From: Felis catus
Lineage: Eukaryota
Length of the DNA: 64,000 nucleotides
NCBI RefSeq assembly: GCF_018350175.1
Contig: NC_058368.1
Location: forward strand, 75,704,001-75,768,000
Direction of reading: 5' to 3'
Shown: one piece after another, positions 47,982 to 60,615 of the stretch
Numbering within the stretch: position 1 is the stretch's first letter
Layout: every line of letters starts with the position of its first letter
Notes under the pieces: model-generated
The model's input: only the letters and a program-made list of their open reading frames with translations
The model's database searches: none
Told to the model about the DNA's origin: nothing
Position numbers and translations under genes: made by a program

Positions 47982-49869
47982 TCCTCAATAAACACTTTAA
48001 AATGTGCGTGAGGACTCGACAAGTAAAATCAAGGAATTTATTTGTTTATTTTTAATTTACCAAGAGGTCGAAATTGATCGTTGCATTCATGATTTGTTTT
48101 TAAGCAATTGAAATAGGAGCCATTTATTAGCATTTTCTGGACTTTAACCTATCTTTGAAATTTATACTGACGCACAAGTTGAGTGATGTAGCAGAACAGT
48201 AAGTCTGAAGGGAACAGATTTTACTGGCTTAAAACTTCCAGTTTGGCAGAATACTGAATCACAGAATGTTATATCTAGAAGGCATCAATACTGTCCTTAA
48301 ATAGATGAAAAAACCTTGGAGGTATAACTGTAACATGGTTCCCATTGCTAAATAATTACAACAAAGGTTTGAATAGGACACTAGTCATAAAATTCTAAGG
48401 TCCCTGGTCTATTCTTGGAGAGTTGAGATGTCCTTGAAATTAGTATAACCTTCTCGTTTTTTATGTTTTTCTTTTTTTATTTAGTCTTCCTCAGAAAAGT
48501 AAAGTGTTAAAGGGGCCAAGAGGAAAAAAAAACAATCTTTAGACAACCTGGTACACCAATAACTTTATTTTACATCAATAGGCATGTATCCTTCTGTACC
48601 CTACCCCACCCCTGGAAGCTAAGGAATTGTATTAAATCGGGACTATATATTTCTGTTACGTTAAATTAGACTGTCTGTTTATAAGTCTACACAGGGCATT
48701 ATTAGGAAAACCTCATGTTGTTCTCTCAATGACAGCTTGGGTCTCTAACTAATAATCTGAAATTTAGCTTGCATTTATATAGTGTCTATTTCCATAAGTT
48801 CTGTGTTAGGTAAAGGAGACATGATATTTATATTTTGAATAATATCCCAACTTTAAAAGTGGAACAAATTAGTCTTGCATGAAGTAGAATGATGGGCCTA
48901 TTCTCACCCTGAAAATTAGTAGCGCATCTAGAAGCTACTTTTAAGGGCCCAATTACCACACTAATATTAGAATTGTAAAAAGAACCCATAGAAGACGTTC
49001 TAATTCAATTTCATCTATAACTTAAGGAGAGTGAGACAGGGGCAGATGTTTTGCGGTGTGCTTTTTATATACAATGCCCATATCAATTTTGAAGTATATT
49101 TTTAAGGGCATATTTGGGGGAGTCTGCCAAAGTGAGATTGCAGAAGGATAAGAGTGAGGTAGAGAAGTCCATTTTGTATTTCCAGTCTACATGATGGATC
49201 TCTTGGGCTGGGTTGTTTTCTGTGTTTTCACTTTTCTTGTCTCTACATCTTAAGTTTTTCCAACAGGATGCGCAGTGCATTCCATAATATAGAATACACG
49301 ATGTTCCCGAGCATAACAACAATCTCTAGACAGTGACCATCTAGTCAACTCCTATCTCTGTAAGTGATAGCAGAGGCGGGCTCTACAAAAAAGACTCCCA
49401 TGGCCAATTCTAGAGAATGGCCTGATTTGATCTGGAAAAAAATGTACAAAATTGATATCTGGGCAGCATATATTTTAGAATCAGTGCACCACACTGGCAG
49501 CCCATTCACAAGCACTCTAGGTACCTTGATGCTTCCCAAAGCTGCGAAAAACACAGATTGGATTATGCCGTAGTTGTCATTTAAAATCACAGTGAAAATA
49601 GCCTGATAGATGTCAACCTGCCACTGGGCTGCTTAATTGTTCTATTTTGCCATGCGCCAACACGAAAAGGTACGATTCATTCAATATGACCTTATGGACA
49701 AACAAATATTTAACAAGTCCTGATTAAAATCCATTGCCAAACAACAATACAGCTTCGATATCAGTGACAGTTGAACACCAACATAAGGATTGCGCGGAAA
49801 GCTGAGTTTGACGAAAGGGATGGCTTGAATTTGAGCTCGCAGGAGCTCAATGCCTTAAAATCCCCTTAC

Positions 49870-49877
49870 CTTGCATT
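49870..49877 (-). other. Candidate 8-nt micro-exon (AATGCAAG)
   Basis: Minus strand: tgcactCTAATctttttctttttacttttctaaCAG|AATGCAAG|GTAAGG. Confidence 0.35.
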
Positions 49878-50138
49878 CTGTTAGAAAAGTAAAAAGAAAA
49901 AGATTAGAGTGCAATTGGCTAGAATTTCTTCACAAGATCGTGAGACTGCAGCTTGCTAATGACTTCCACGGATACAAACTATGAGGAGTTGCATGCAGAA
50001 GGTCTGCGCTGGAGAACCATTGAGAAGAAAGTAAAGAAGGCAAGCATGGACAGAGGGCAAAGTTCACATGCAATATGGTTGCAGAAGAGGCTACAAGAAG
50101 CTATGGTGCTCAGGGAAACCTTAAGAATTGTCCCACAA

Positions 50139-50316
50139 GGCGCCTGGGTGGCTCAGTGGGTTGAGTGTCCGACTTGGGTTCATGTTATGCTCTCACGGTT
50201 TGTGGGTTTGAGCTCCGCATCGGGGTCTGTGCTGATAGCAAGGAGCCTACTTGGGACTGACTCTATCTCTCTGTCCCCCCTGCTTGCGCTTTTTCTCTCT
50301 AGAAAGAAAAAAAAAA
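50139..50316 (+). mobile_element. Can-SINE (older)
   Basis: GGCGCCTGGGTGGCTCAGTGGGTTGAG head; A tail. Confidence 0.9.
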
Positions 50317-52249
50317 GGGTAATACGTGCAGTGTGAGATTTCACCCACCCACCCATAATTCATTAAATCGACTCGGAACACAGTTGGTTGCTGGGCAGAG
50401 TGTGAAGTTTAACCCAGGATGGCGTGGAGAATCAGGGTTCTCTCATAAAGGGTGTTCACTACCTGGCAAATGCTGTCACTCACTCCCGCTTGTCATAAGC
50501 TGATCAAGCCTCTATAGCTAATGTAAATCGCCTTTTTTACCTGTGATTCTATATCCTGGCTCATAAATACACTACCAGTAGTGCAGCTTCATATATATAC
50601 GCATACAGAACGTGTCGCCCACAGGACACGGCACAGGGTCAGGCTTCCTACTCCAGAAGGTTGGAGTTCAGGTCAGGGATGCCTCCCTACCCCACTCAAA
50701 CATTTCACTTGTGCTCACCCCTGGTGTGACGGGCACCTTTAATCTATGCTCAGCCATACCATATAGGCACCATCGAGAAAACCTATTTTCAAGGCTGAAT
50801 TCTTTAGCTTTTCTCTTGGTTTAAAGGGGAAGGGTGTGCATTACAAACGAGCCCTGGACCAGAAACCCTGGAACACAGACCGTTTGAAACACGGCAGCCG
50901 GCAGTGCTGTCCCTAAGACAGTCTACCATATGAGGTTTTGAGGTTGGGATGAGATCCGGAGGTTTGGGGAACAAGTGTGAGAATATTACCACTCGGGACC
51001 TCCCTTGGGATGTAGGCTGTAGTTTGAATTCACTGCGTTCATTTTGCATTTCGCTTTCCCACAAAGGCGTATTTGCATACTTTGGAATGAAAACATCATA
51101 TCTAATCTCACATCAAACTCTGTAAGCTATTACCATATGTAGTATGTGTGCTCGCGTACTGATCAGTGGCCCCAAAACTTGTTACTCTCCAAGGACCACG
51201 TAAATTGCAGACGCATGAGAGCCATCGTGGAAGGCCGGGCGGCAGTCATGGCCGGTGCGGCGTGATGGTGATGATAAGGGTACCCATGAGGTGGGGGGAG
51301 GGGATTGGGTTACTAGGGGTCATGAACTTCTCGAAGACCAGGCTGTGCTCTACTCATTTATTCCTGCCACTGCACACAGTGAATGAGGGAAAAGTGGGGA
51401 GGCTGTTTTTTTCTCCTAAATAAACAGAATATTTCTTCTGAACTCGTGTGGCTTCCCCTTTAAAATGACTCAAGTCCTTGGGAAAACATGACATCGCTAA
51501 TGGTATCGAGGGCCAGATACTCTACAAGGCTATGCACCTGTGACTATGCAATAAATCTTGGTTGACTGGTTGACTAGTGTATACAATACTTCTATGGTTC
51601 TCCTAAAGATCAAGCAAAGGACTAAGTCATCTTGCAAGGTTTCTTCCAGCCTAATAATTCTGCTTTTGTCTTTCTGGTCACAGATGAAAGATGAGACCAA
51701 CAGCTATAATATTGCCTGTTTCAACATGTGACCTTTAATAAATGATGCATGGCATTTTAGGCTTTCTACCTTAAGCACACGTGTAGATGGCCCTTTCATT
51801 AGGAACTGTGGCCGAGATGCCATTTTGACACCCTGGGTCAGGTGCCTCACCCCCTGGGCTTACTAGGACTTTGAACAAAAGTGCAATCTCATGCCGAATT
51901 GCTGCAGGCTAGGTCGGTGGTTGTTACCTCTCAGAAATCACTGTTTATGGGGAAGGCCTCCCCGGGCTGTATTTTCTTACATTAAAACTTTAACGAGTGA
52001 CAACAGGATCTTCTAGGGAGCGAAAGCTCCTTGGGATTTGGTACTTAAGGGGCGCGGAACCACATACTTCTTTCTTTTTCTTGTTCTCATTGTCTGACTG
52101 TGGAATCCGTGTCAGCTCATAGAATATCAGTGAATTTTAGAAATTATTTTTTAAATAATAAATGACCCATAAGCTTATTACCCAGAGGCTACATTCCTCT
52201 ACTCACATTATAGCGTATCTCCTTATGATTATTTACATATATAACGTGA

Positions 52250-52275
52250 GTGTGTGTGTGTGTGTGTGTGTGTGT
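52250..52275. repeat. (GT)n microsatellite
   Basis: ~13 GT units. Confidence 0.95.
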
Positions 52276-52921
52276 CATAGTTGGTATCCTGTGTGTCCAG
52301 TTGTATATCCCAACCTGTCACTTCCTCGTTTCATACACGTTTATGGCAACATTCTGGGGTATTGTGAGGGCTTTTCTCCATCACAACTGGTCCTCTGCGT
52401 GACGTACTTGGTGTCATTTCTACACTGTCCTTCATTCTTCAACGCATGTCTGAAGCGCCCCGACTCTGGAGAAACTGGCAAGTCCTCTATACTCTACAGG
52501 ACACCTTCTGTCCTTGATTTGAATTTTCTGATGACTCCCACCATCAAAGCACACGAGAATCATCCCTTGATTCCCTGAATAATAGCTAGTCTTTTCTTTC
52601 CCCCCTCTTTTTATGCTCGCTGCTTAATGTTGGCGGTTCTCCAGAGTTCCTTGTGATGATGCTCACCTTGAGGCTGACACTCTTAACTTCCTCTTGTCGT
52701 CCCCTCTTGCCACGGGGGTTTCCAAATGTCTGTGCTGCAGATCTTTCTCCCAAATCCCAGTGAGACGAATATGTATTGAGTTCTTGCTACTTGTAACCCA
52801 GGGTTGTATTTCTTAGGAATTTGAAGGTAAGTAAGGACGTTATGCCTGACAGATTCTGTGGCCAAAGGATGCAGTTTCGCCAGCCTGCTGCACGTATGCT
52901 ATTTAAAATTCAAAAGGTCCT

Positions 52922-53135
52922 GGGGCGCCTGGGTGGCGCAGTCGGTTAAGCGTCCGACTTCAGCCACGTCACGATCTCGCGGTCCGTGAGTTCGAGCCCC
53001 GTGTCAGGCTCTGGGCTGATGGCTCAGAGCTTGGAGCCTGTTTCCGATTCTGTGTCTCCCTCTCTCTCTGCCCCTCCCCCGTTCATGCTCTGTCTCTCTC
53101 TGTCCCAAAAATAAATAAACGTTGAAAAAAAAAAC
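52922..53135 (+). mobile_element. Young felid Can-SINE (SINEC_Fc)
   Basis: Near-consensus body; TSD TCAAAAGGTCC. Confidence 0.98.
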
Positions 53136-53813
53136 TCAAAAGGTCCCAATTAGACTGCATTATTTCCAAATGCAAAGCCCCGTCACCCTCCTGTATTCCC
53201 TGCCTGGGTTAAGGACCTCTTCGTGCAAACACGCAATAAAGACCAAGCCCTCCATAGACACCCTCTTTCCATCCCAGCGAGCTCCCAGTTTCTCTTACGT
53301 CCATCTTTCGTTTCAACCTAACTCTCAGTATCTGCTTTTCTCTCTCCAGGGTTGGTGCCATAAAATTCTAAGTGTTCTCTCTCCTTCCTGCTTGCTCCCC
53401 TTAATGCTCACTTCAAATTGCTAGCTGAGTGAGACTTGCTGTAAAAATGGTCACTTACCCACTTTTAAAAACATGAACAAAAATAAGGATGGCAAAACAC
53501 TGGGGGCCTCCCAATGCCTAATAAATGACTCACCACTGCTTATTGAGCTAAGTATAAAATAAAATTAACTGTAAGTGCATGAGCTTTCTAACTATACCTT
53601 AAAACTAAGTGGTTTCAATAAATATTTCTATCTTTGAGAATTCAAGTCCTACTTCTGTATGTGAAAACATGCTATTAAATTCTCTTTAGTCAGGGTAACC
53701 ACACTACAGGGGGATATTGTTTAAAGAGGCAGGTTTGCAAAGCGGCTGAGATTTTAGATTGAACCAGAACGAAAAGTTTGAATCCAAACTCTGCCACTAG
53801 CTACCTACATAAC

Positions 53814-54019
53814 TTTTTTTTTTCTTTTTGAAAGAGAGCGAGAGAGCAAGCAGGTGCGAGCTGGGGAGGGGCAGAGAGAGAGAGAGGGGGACAGAGGATC
53901 TGAAACAAACTCCGTGCTGACAGCAGAGAGCCCGATGCGGGGCTCGAACTCAGGAACTGCAAGATCATGACCTGAGCTGAAGTCAGATGCGTAACCAATT
54001 GAGCCACCCAGGCGCCCCC
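53814..54019 (-). mobile_element. Can-SINE
   Basis: Antisense copy ending GAGCCACCCAGGCGCCCC. Confidence 0.94.
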
Positions 54020-54954
54020 AACTATTATTATTGTAAATAGAAGACAGTTTCTTTCACTGAGATCTGCAATTATAAAAAAGACACCATGCTATGCAAATAA
54101 ATAACACAGCCGTGGTTTGGAATATTTGAGATGATGCCTAAACTTATTTTTACTCAACTCGGGAAAGAACGAGGAAGACAAGTGGTCACTGAAAAAGTTT
54201 AGACTCGCTTGCATCAGGTATTTTCTGGTGCTTATGATCTGGAGGCCTGATACCTCTGGACGGAAGGAGATGAATTCCTGTTAGGGTTTTCCAGACTGAT
54301 ACCGCCTATGAGGGCTGGTAAGGTTGCTCTACTCACTGTACATCCTTCAAATAGCGGGATCTCTCAGGCAAAGATTTAGGTGGCTCCAAGCCAGATCTCA
54401 GCATCCACAGGGGAATAAGATCTGTCGCAGACAATAGAAAGAATTTGGTTTGATTTAGTCCCGAATCTGGCATTTCCGGCTTAAAAGGAGGCGGGTGAGC
54501 GTTCTATCAACTCGTGCAGATGCTGATCACGTCTCTTTCTCCATTTATTTTGTTTTTTCCCTTCCAAAGGAAAACGTTGTGGATTCCATATAGTTCACAT
54601 CAGTAGACTTCACCTCCCTTTAAGGGTCTGTCACAAAATAATAGTCACACGGGGACTTCTGGGGAAGCAAAAATGTGTCACTGAAGGCTTCCTTTCCAAG
54701 ACACTGAGGCCACGAGGAAGACTCCCACAAAACCATTTACTTCTGTGAAATCAAGTGCAGAAGAACTCCAGACTGTGACATCATCCTGGTCATGAGTAAA
54801 GGTAACCTGGGAAAGGGACTTGGGGGCATTTGGTCACTGAAATTTCCCAAAATCACACGATGGCCTATGATTTTCATTCATATTGCTTTCCTGATTGACA
54901 GCATTAACACTATACAGGGAAAAGATCCTACTTATGATCTTGACTGAAAATCCC

Positions 54955-55171
54955 GGGGTGCCCGGGTGGCTCAGTCCGTTGAGCATCTGACTCTTGGTTT
55001 CAGTACAAGTCATGATCTCGTGGTTTTGTGAGTTCGAGCCCCACGACTGGCTCTGCGCTGACAGTGCGGAGCCTGCTTGGGATTCTCTCTCTCTCTCTCT
55101 CTCTGACCCTCTCCCCACTCACGCTGTCTCTGTCTCTCTCAAAATAAATAAACTTTAAAAAAGAAAATAAA
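54955..55171 (+). mobile_element. Can-SINE
   Basis: GGGGTGCCCGGGTGGCTCAG head, CT tract, A-rich tail. Confidence 0.95.
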
Positions 55172-55252
55172 AGTCCAAATACTGACACATATATCTGAGC
55201 AATAAACCAATCGGAAATGGAAAACTCTACTTGCTAAGATTGGGATCCACCT

Positions 55253-55459
55253 GGGGCGCCTGGGTGGCTCAGTTGGTTAAGCGTCCGACTTCAGCTCAGG
55301 TCATGATCTCACGGTTTGTGGGTTCGAGTTCCGCGTCAGGCTCTGTGCTGACAGCTCAGAGCCTGGAGTCTGCTTCCGATTCTGTGTCTCCCTCTCTCTC
55401 TGCCCCTCCCCTGTTCACGCTCTGTCTCTGTCTCAAGAATAAATAAACATTAAAAAAAA
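55253..55459 (+). mobile_element. Can-SINE
   Basis: TSD ATTGGGATCCACCT on both sides. Confidence 0.97.
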
Positions 55460-57048
55460 ATTGGGATCCACCTGAGACCAGGCACCAGGACTTCCATGAC
55501 ACCTGCCAATAAATCTTCAAGCATCGTTTCCTCCTAAGTGCATGTCTATTAGCTGTACCTCACTTCCCCTCACCTGGAAGCTGTGGAGGGTGGAGTGGGG
55601 AGGAGAGGAGTGGGAGGTGGGAGAAGGTCACTCAAGCCAATAAAATCCCAGACAACCCTTTGTTCTCTCCACCTTCCCTAACGCCCCGGTGCATTTTCTC
55701 CCCATCTACCAACCTCTTCTACAATATTTAAAACTAGCATGATACTTTCTGACTACATCTGCGATACAACCAAGTCATTCTTAGCTGTCTGTGCGTTTCT
55801 CAAAAGCACTTCTGGATAATTCGGACAACGAGAGTTTTGGTTTCACCAGTCCAGACTTTTAAAAATCCTACCTGGAGAAGGCAGAAGTCACACAATAACT
55901 GGACAGCGGAGGCTAAGCAGAGAGCGGGGGGATAGTTGAGAAAAGTAGAGGTCACAGGCTGTCCGTGGAAGGCACCCTGGGGGTGCACATATAGGGCGAG
56001 GGAGCCGTCTGCACAGGGGTGGGAGGGAGGGGGGCCGACAGTTACTCCTGCTTCATTTTCCAGCCGTCTGTCACTAAGTTAGCAACTGGGTCTCAGCCCT
56101 CTAACTATGCTTCTTTCAATGTGGACCACTCACGCTGAAGGGCAAGGCCGTTATCACTGAGCCTCCCGGCGACATTGACAGGCACATTCAGATATGAAAA
56201 GTGGATCTTCAGAGGAAAAGCCCTCCGTCCACACCCAGCATTATCAGCCTTTCACAAACCAAGTGCACGAGAGCTGGCACGCATCAGGTGGTCACGATCT
56301 CATGTGAAGGTAGCTCAAAGTCCTACTTTCCCCGGAGCTTCCGCTGCCATTAGAGTCAAAGCTAACGAATGCCATCACTCCCTTTTTTCCAGTACAATTA
56401 CTGCATTTTGATAAAACACACTTGGGGCTCTTTCCCAGGAAAAGGCAGTGTCAGTAATGCAGCCTCATACTAATCAAAAGCAATTCTGAACAGAAAACAT
56501 CCATTTTATGAATATAGAAATGTCCCCTATTATATTTGAGACAGAGTGTGGTGGTGACATCCGGCAAGGCGACAGGGCAAATCTTGAAAGTAATTTGCTG
56601 GCCATAAAGAAAATGCTTAATTAGAAAATACGGTTCATTTAGATAACTTTACCATGAAGTAAATGATGATGGCACATGAGTGGATTTAGCTTTCATGCGC
56701 TTCGTAGGTTTTCCTCTCCTGGAATTAGGATCGACAAAAATGACTACTCTCCTGTGCATTTTCCAGTGGTTCTTGAAAGAATTATTAGATACAGTACTTT
56801 TCATACCATTTAATTTGTAACTGTCTTCAAATGGTAAGAATTTATACAGGTATATTTATATTAGCATTTATTAGAGATAAAAGAGAAACAAAAATGTTCA
56901 AGAACCTTTTCAAAGAAAAACATGAAGGGATGTCAGTAGTGAATGCTTCTGGATGTGTCACTCTTTTATTCTGCTATTCTAAAAACAAATTTCAATTGCT
57001 AAAGAAGGGCCAGGAACACAGCTTCCTTCCATCAGATGGAACATTGCC

Positions 57049-57081
57049 TTTCTTTCTCTTTTTCTTTTTTTCTTTTTCTTT

Positions 57082-57130
<49 letters not shown>

Positions 57131-57135
57131 TTTCT

Positions 57136-57205
<70 letters not shown>
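57049..57205. repeat. (TTTC)n tetranucleotide microsatellite / polypyrimidine tract
   Basis: ~155 bp of pyrimidines, mostly TTTC units. Confidence 0.98.
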
Positions 57206-57206
<1 letters not shown>

Positions 57207-57419
57207 GTCTATAATTTTTGGGAAGAACCAACTTGGGAATAATTAGTTCTGCATTTAGTTCTCAAAATGTGAAAAACATTCTTATGCTTAAATGTCATGT
57301 AAGAAATGCTTACTGCTTAATATGGCATTCGATTTTCTGGTCAGTGTTATCACCGAATCTCCAATTAGTAATTCAATTCATGTTCATCCTAAAATGAATA
57401 CTATTGTGATCATCATAAT

Positions 57420-57560
57420 CATATCCATTTCATAGATGAGACAACCAAGTCATGGAAAGTCTCACTAACTTGCCTGTGGTCACCCAGCTAATGAGTAGTA
57501 GGGTTAAACTTGAACCTATGTAGTGGAACAACAAAGTTCATGTTTTAATCCTTAATGCCT
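57420..57560. mobile_element. MIR relic
   Basis: CCATTTCATAGATGAGACAACC...TAACTTGCCTGTGGTCACCCAGCTAATGAGT...TTGAACCT. Confidence 0.75.
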
Positions 57561-58812
57561 ATTTTTTCTGTTTGGTGCTGTTTCATTGGGATGTTCACAA
57601 TAACATGTAACAGGTACATGTACATGACATGTAAATTCCATGTCATTTCACCTTTTTAACAATAAAGAGACTAAGAGAGGTTAAGTAATAAACTAGTTAT
57701 TATAGAATCAAAGTCAAGTTTTTCTGACTTCAGTGTTTTTTCCCCATAGCCCTATGTTACAGTCAGTGCTTGTGGCTTTGGGAAGCCACACATAATACCA
57801 TGACTACTGTATAATTATCAGACTATCAGAAAAGTATTACTTAATATAGCTTTATATACACTTCCATACTTTAATAGTAATAGGTTTTTAGAGGAGATCC
57901 ATTCCAAAATAAACAAAAAAAATTCTGAAATATATATTAAGAATAAGACTTTGGTGTAATGACATACTAAATGAATAAATGAATTTGGTGTTTCTATTAT
58001 GGGCAAAAATGTGTGGGCCACGAGGGGAGAATTCTTAAGAGTGAGATTTTTACGGTGAGCCCTGTCACCAATTAATTGTTATGAATACCAATTAGTTGGT
58101 ATCAATTTGGAAAGAAAAACCCAAACCAAACAAAAAAAGAGCAGATTCCTTTCAGCTGTATCAGTTGTCAAGATGAATAATGTTCTCACTGGAAAAAAAT
58201 TATTTTTGATTAAAGTGTTTTAACAAAATTACGTACAAACACACAAAATACCTCATATGCTGTTAAATGAGAAAAACCACTTGCCAAATAGTACAATTTC
58301 AGTGTGTGTGTGCATGCGTGTTTATAGAAATGCACAGAAAATGATATGTGGAAGGCTGACTAATCATCATTAGTTCCGTTAATTGGGTTTATACCAAATA
58401 TTTTGTTAATTTCTATAATATTGGATCTTTTTATAATGGAGAATACATTACTTTTCTAACAAGAAAAATGACTATATAAAAAATAATTATCTATACATAC
58501 GTTTTACCAATCAAACACTGCAAAGTGTAGCGATAACCCTCAAATTTTGTATAGGAATTAATACAGGCATGAATGGCAGGGAGAAATTAACATCAAGGTA
58601 AACTAAAATTCAGGACTGTTTTTTTTTTTTAATTTGGCCACATTTTCCCAAATCTATTTCTTTAGAGCAGTACATGGTTTGTTACTTGTGGAAAACTTCG
58701 GTTGCCATTGTTGGGTAAATAATATTCAATAGAACAAAGAAGAAAATCACCATACTAAAGAAATAGTGGGTAGTACATACAAAACTAATAAAATTCAAAT
58801 ACAAACAAAATA

Positions 58813-59030
58813 GGGGTGCCTGGGTGGCTCAGTCGGTTAAGCAGCTGACTTCAGCTCAGGTCATGATCTGGAGGTTCTTGCTCTCGATCCCCGAGCAGAG
58901 CTCTGTGCTGACAGCTCAGAGCCTGGAGCCTGCTTCTGATTCTGTGTCTCTTTCTCTCTCTGCCCTTCTCCTGCTCATGCTCTCTCTCTCTCTCTGTCTC
59001 TGAAAAATAAATAAACATTAAAAATAATTT
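58813..59030 (+). mobile_element. Can-SINE, first of a tandem pair
   Basis: Full length. Confidence 0.95.
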
Positions 59031-59031
59031 A

Positions 59032-59235
59032 GGGGCACCTAGGTGGCTCAGTCGGTTAAACATCCCACTCTTGGTTTTGGCTCAGGTAATGATCTCACAA
59101 CTCTCGGGTTAGAGCCCCAAGTCAGGGTCTGTGCTGGCAGCAAGGAGCCTGCTTGGGAATCTCTGTCTCCCTCTCTCTCTGCCCCTCCCCCGTCTCTCTT
59201 TCTCTCTCAAAAATAAACAAACATCAAAATATTTT
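59032..59235 (+). mobile_element. Can-SINE, second of the tandem pair
   Basis: Starts directly after the A tail of the preceding copy. Confidence 0.95.
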
Positions 59236-60289
59236 TACAAATTTTAAAAACTGTTTTAAAAGATCAAAAGTAAAATCAAGAGAACTAGATCAGTCTTTGG
59301 ACTGATAGGGATTTCACTTTCGTTTGCATACATACAAAGAAATGCCATACTGTTTTTACATCATAACACAAAAGGCGTTATATGACATATAACTTCACCA
59401 TATTTAGAAATCATAAAAGTGAGACTTGAAGCCATATTATTCTAATGAGAATTAAAATATTATAAACATGGAGTATTTGATGAAGTATAACAGAAAGTTT
59501 GTGTTGATATCTTTCTATTTAGTTTATAGCACAAGTTTCCTTTATATATTGAGCCACAAGGCTTACTCACGAAGTGTGAGAACCCAACAGAATGAGTATT
59601 AAGTTCATCACTGCATCGGTCAGGGGTCCTTAAAGGCATCAGAACCCTGAGAAATGTTGTGGGGAAAGCATAATAGATATGGATCAGACCCCACACCAGT
59701 GTTGGGAGACATGTAACAAGACCTGGAATATAGGTAAGATCAGAGCGGGGGTCCTCTGCTCTCATCAGAGAAGCCAACTATGCCGCAAACTGGGAGCAAG
59801 AAGGAAAACTCAAGGGTCATGTCTCAGAAGCTGAGGCTTCTGTGTGGTCAACACTCTGGGTCTAGAGCCAAGCATGTGATCGTGGAGTTGGGACCGTTAT
59901 TGTTCAACAGGATCAGTAGACAGGAAAAAGAGCCATACCCAAACCAGAGAAGAAGAAGGAGCTTCTGGAACCCATCAGGTGTTTCTGTGTTCCCTGTCAC
60001 TACATCTGACTACAACAAGCTCTAGAAAGTAATGATAATTACTTGAATGCCACCTTCCAATTTCATGCCATTCCGCTTTTGAGCAACTTTTACTTGGAAC
60101 TGCACATTCCCAGCCTAACTAAATTCCTGCTATATAAATTGCCTCAGTCTGAGTACAGGTACATTGATGTCTGCTAATGAATTACACCTTCTAGTTCCAG
60201 CCCTTCTTTGCCACCATTCTCAACACTGATCCTAGCATGCTCATATGTGAGTCTCTTGGGACAATGGGCGATTAGCAAGCATGATGGGA

Positions 60290-60615
60290 GCAGAGGCTTG
60301 ATGGGTGTTCACTCACTGGAACATTCATTCTTGGAAGCCAGCTGCCATGTAAGAAGCTCAGGGTGCCATCCCTGAAGGCCAGGAACCATGTGGCAAGAAA
60401 GGCCTTGATTCCACAGAGAAAGAGACATCCAGCCATCGCGGAGTCACAGCTGAGCTCAACTATGACAAAACCCACCCATTAAAAATAATAACCACAAGTA
60501 GGAGTCCAGGCATAACCAACAGAAGAGTCACCCAGACAGCCCACAGAATCTAAAGAAAAAGTCCTCTTGCAAGAAACTGAGTTGTAGTTTAGGTGTGAAG
60601 TAATAGGCAACTGAA
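60290..60615 (+). mobile_element. Old MaLR LTR fragment (MLT1H-like)
   Basis: TTGGAAGCCAGCTGCCATGTAAGAAGCTC...CCCAGACAGCCCACAGAATC...AATAGGCAACTGAA. Confidence 0.6.

Noticed and set aside
52740..52835. Plus-strand AAG|GTAAGT donor near 52827
   Set aside because: Lies among probable L2 relic sequence; the two upstream frames I translated contain stops and there is no other support
56831..57242. ORFs with FFLS or KKER repeats
   Set aside because: Translations of the (TTTC)n microsatellite
59690..60030. Possible additional LTR fragment
   Set aside because: Begins TGTTGGGAG like some LTRs, but I could not match the rest to any family with confidence
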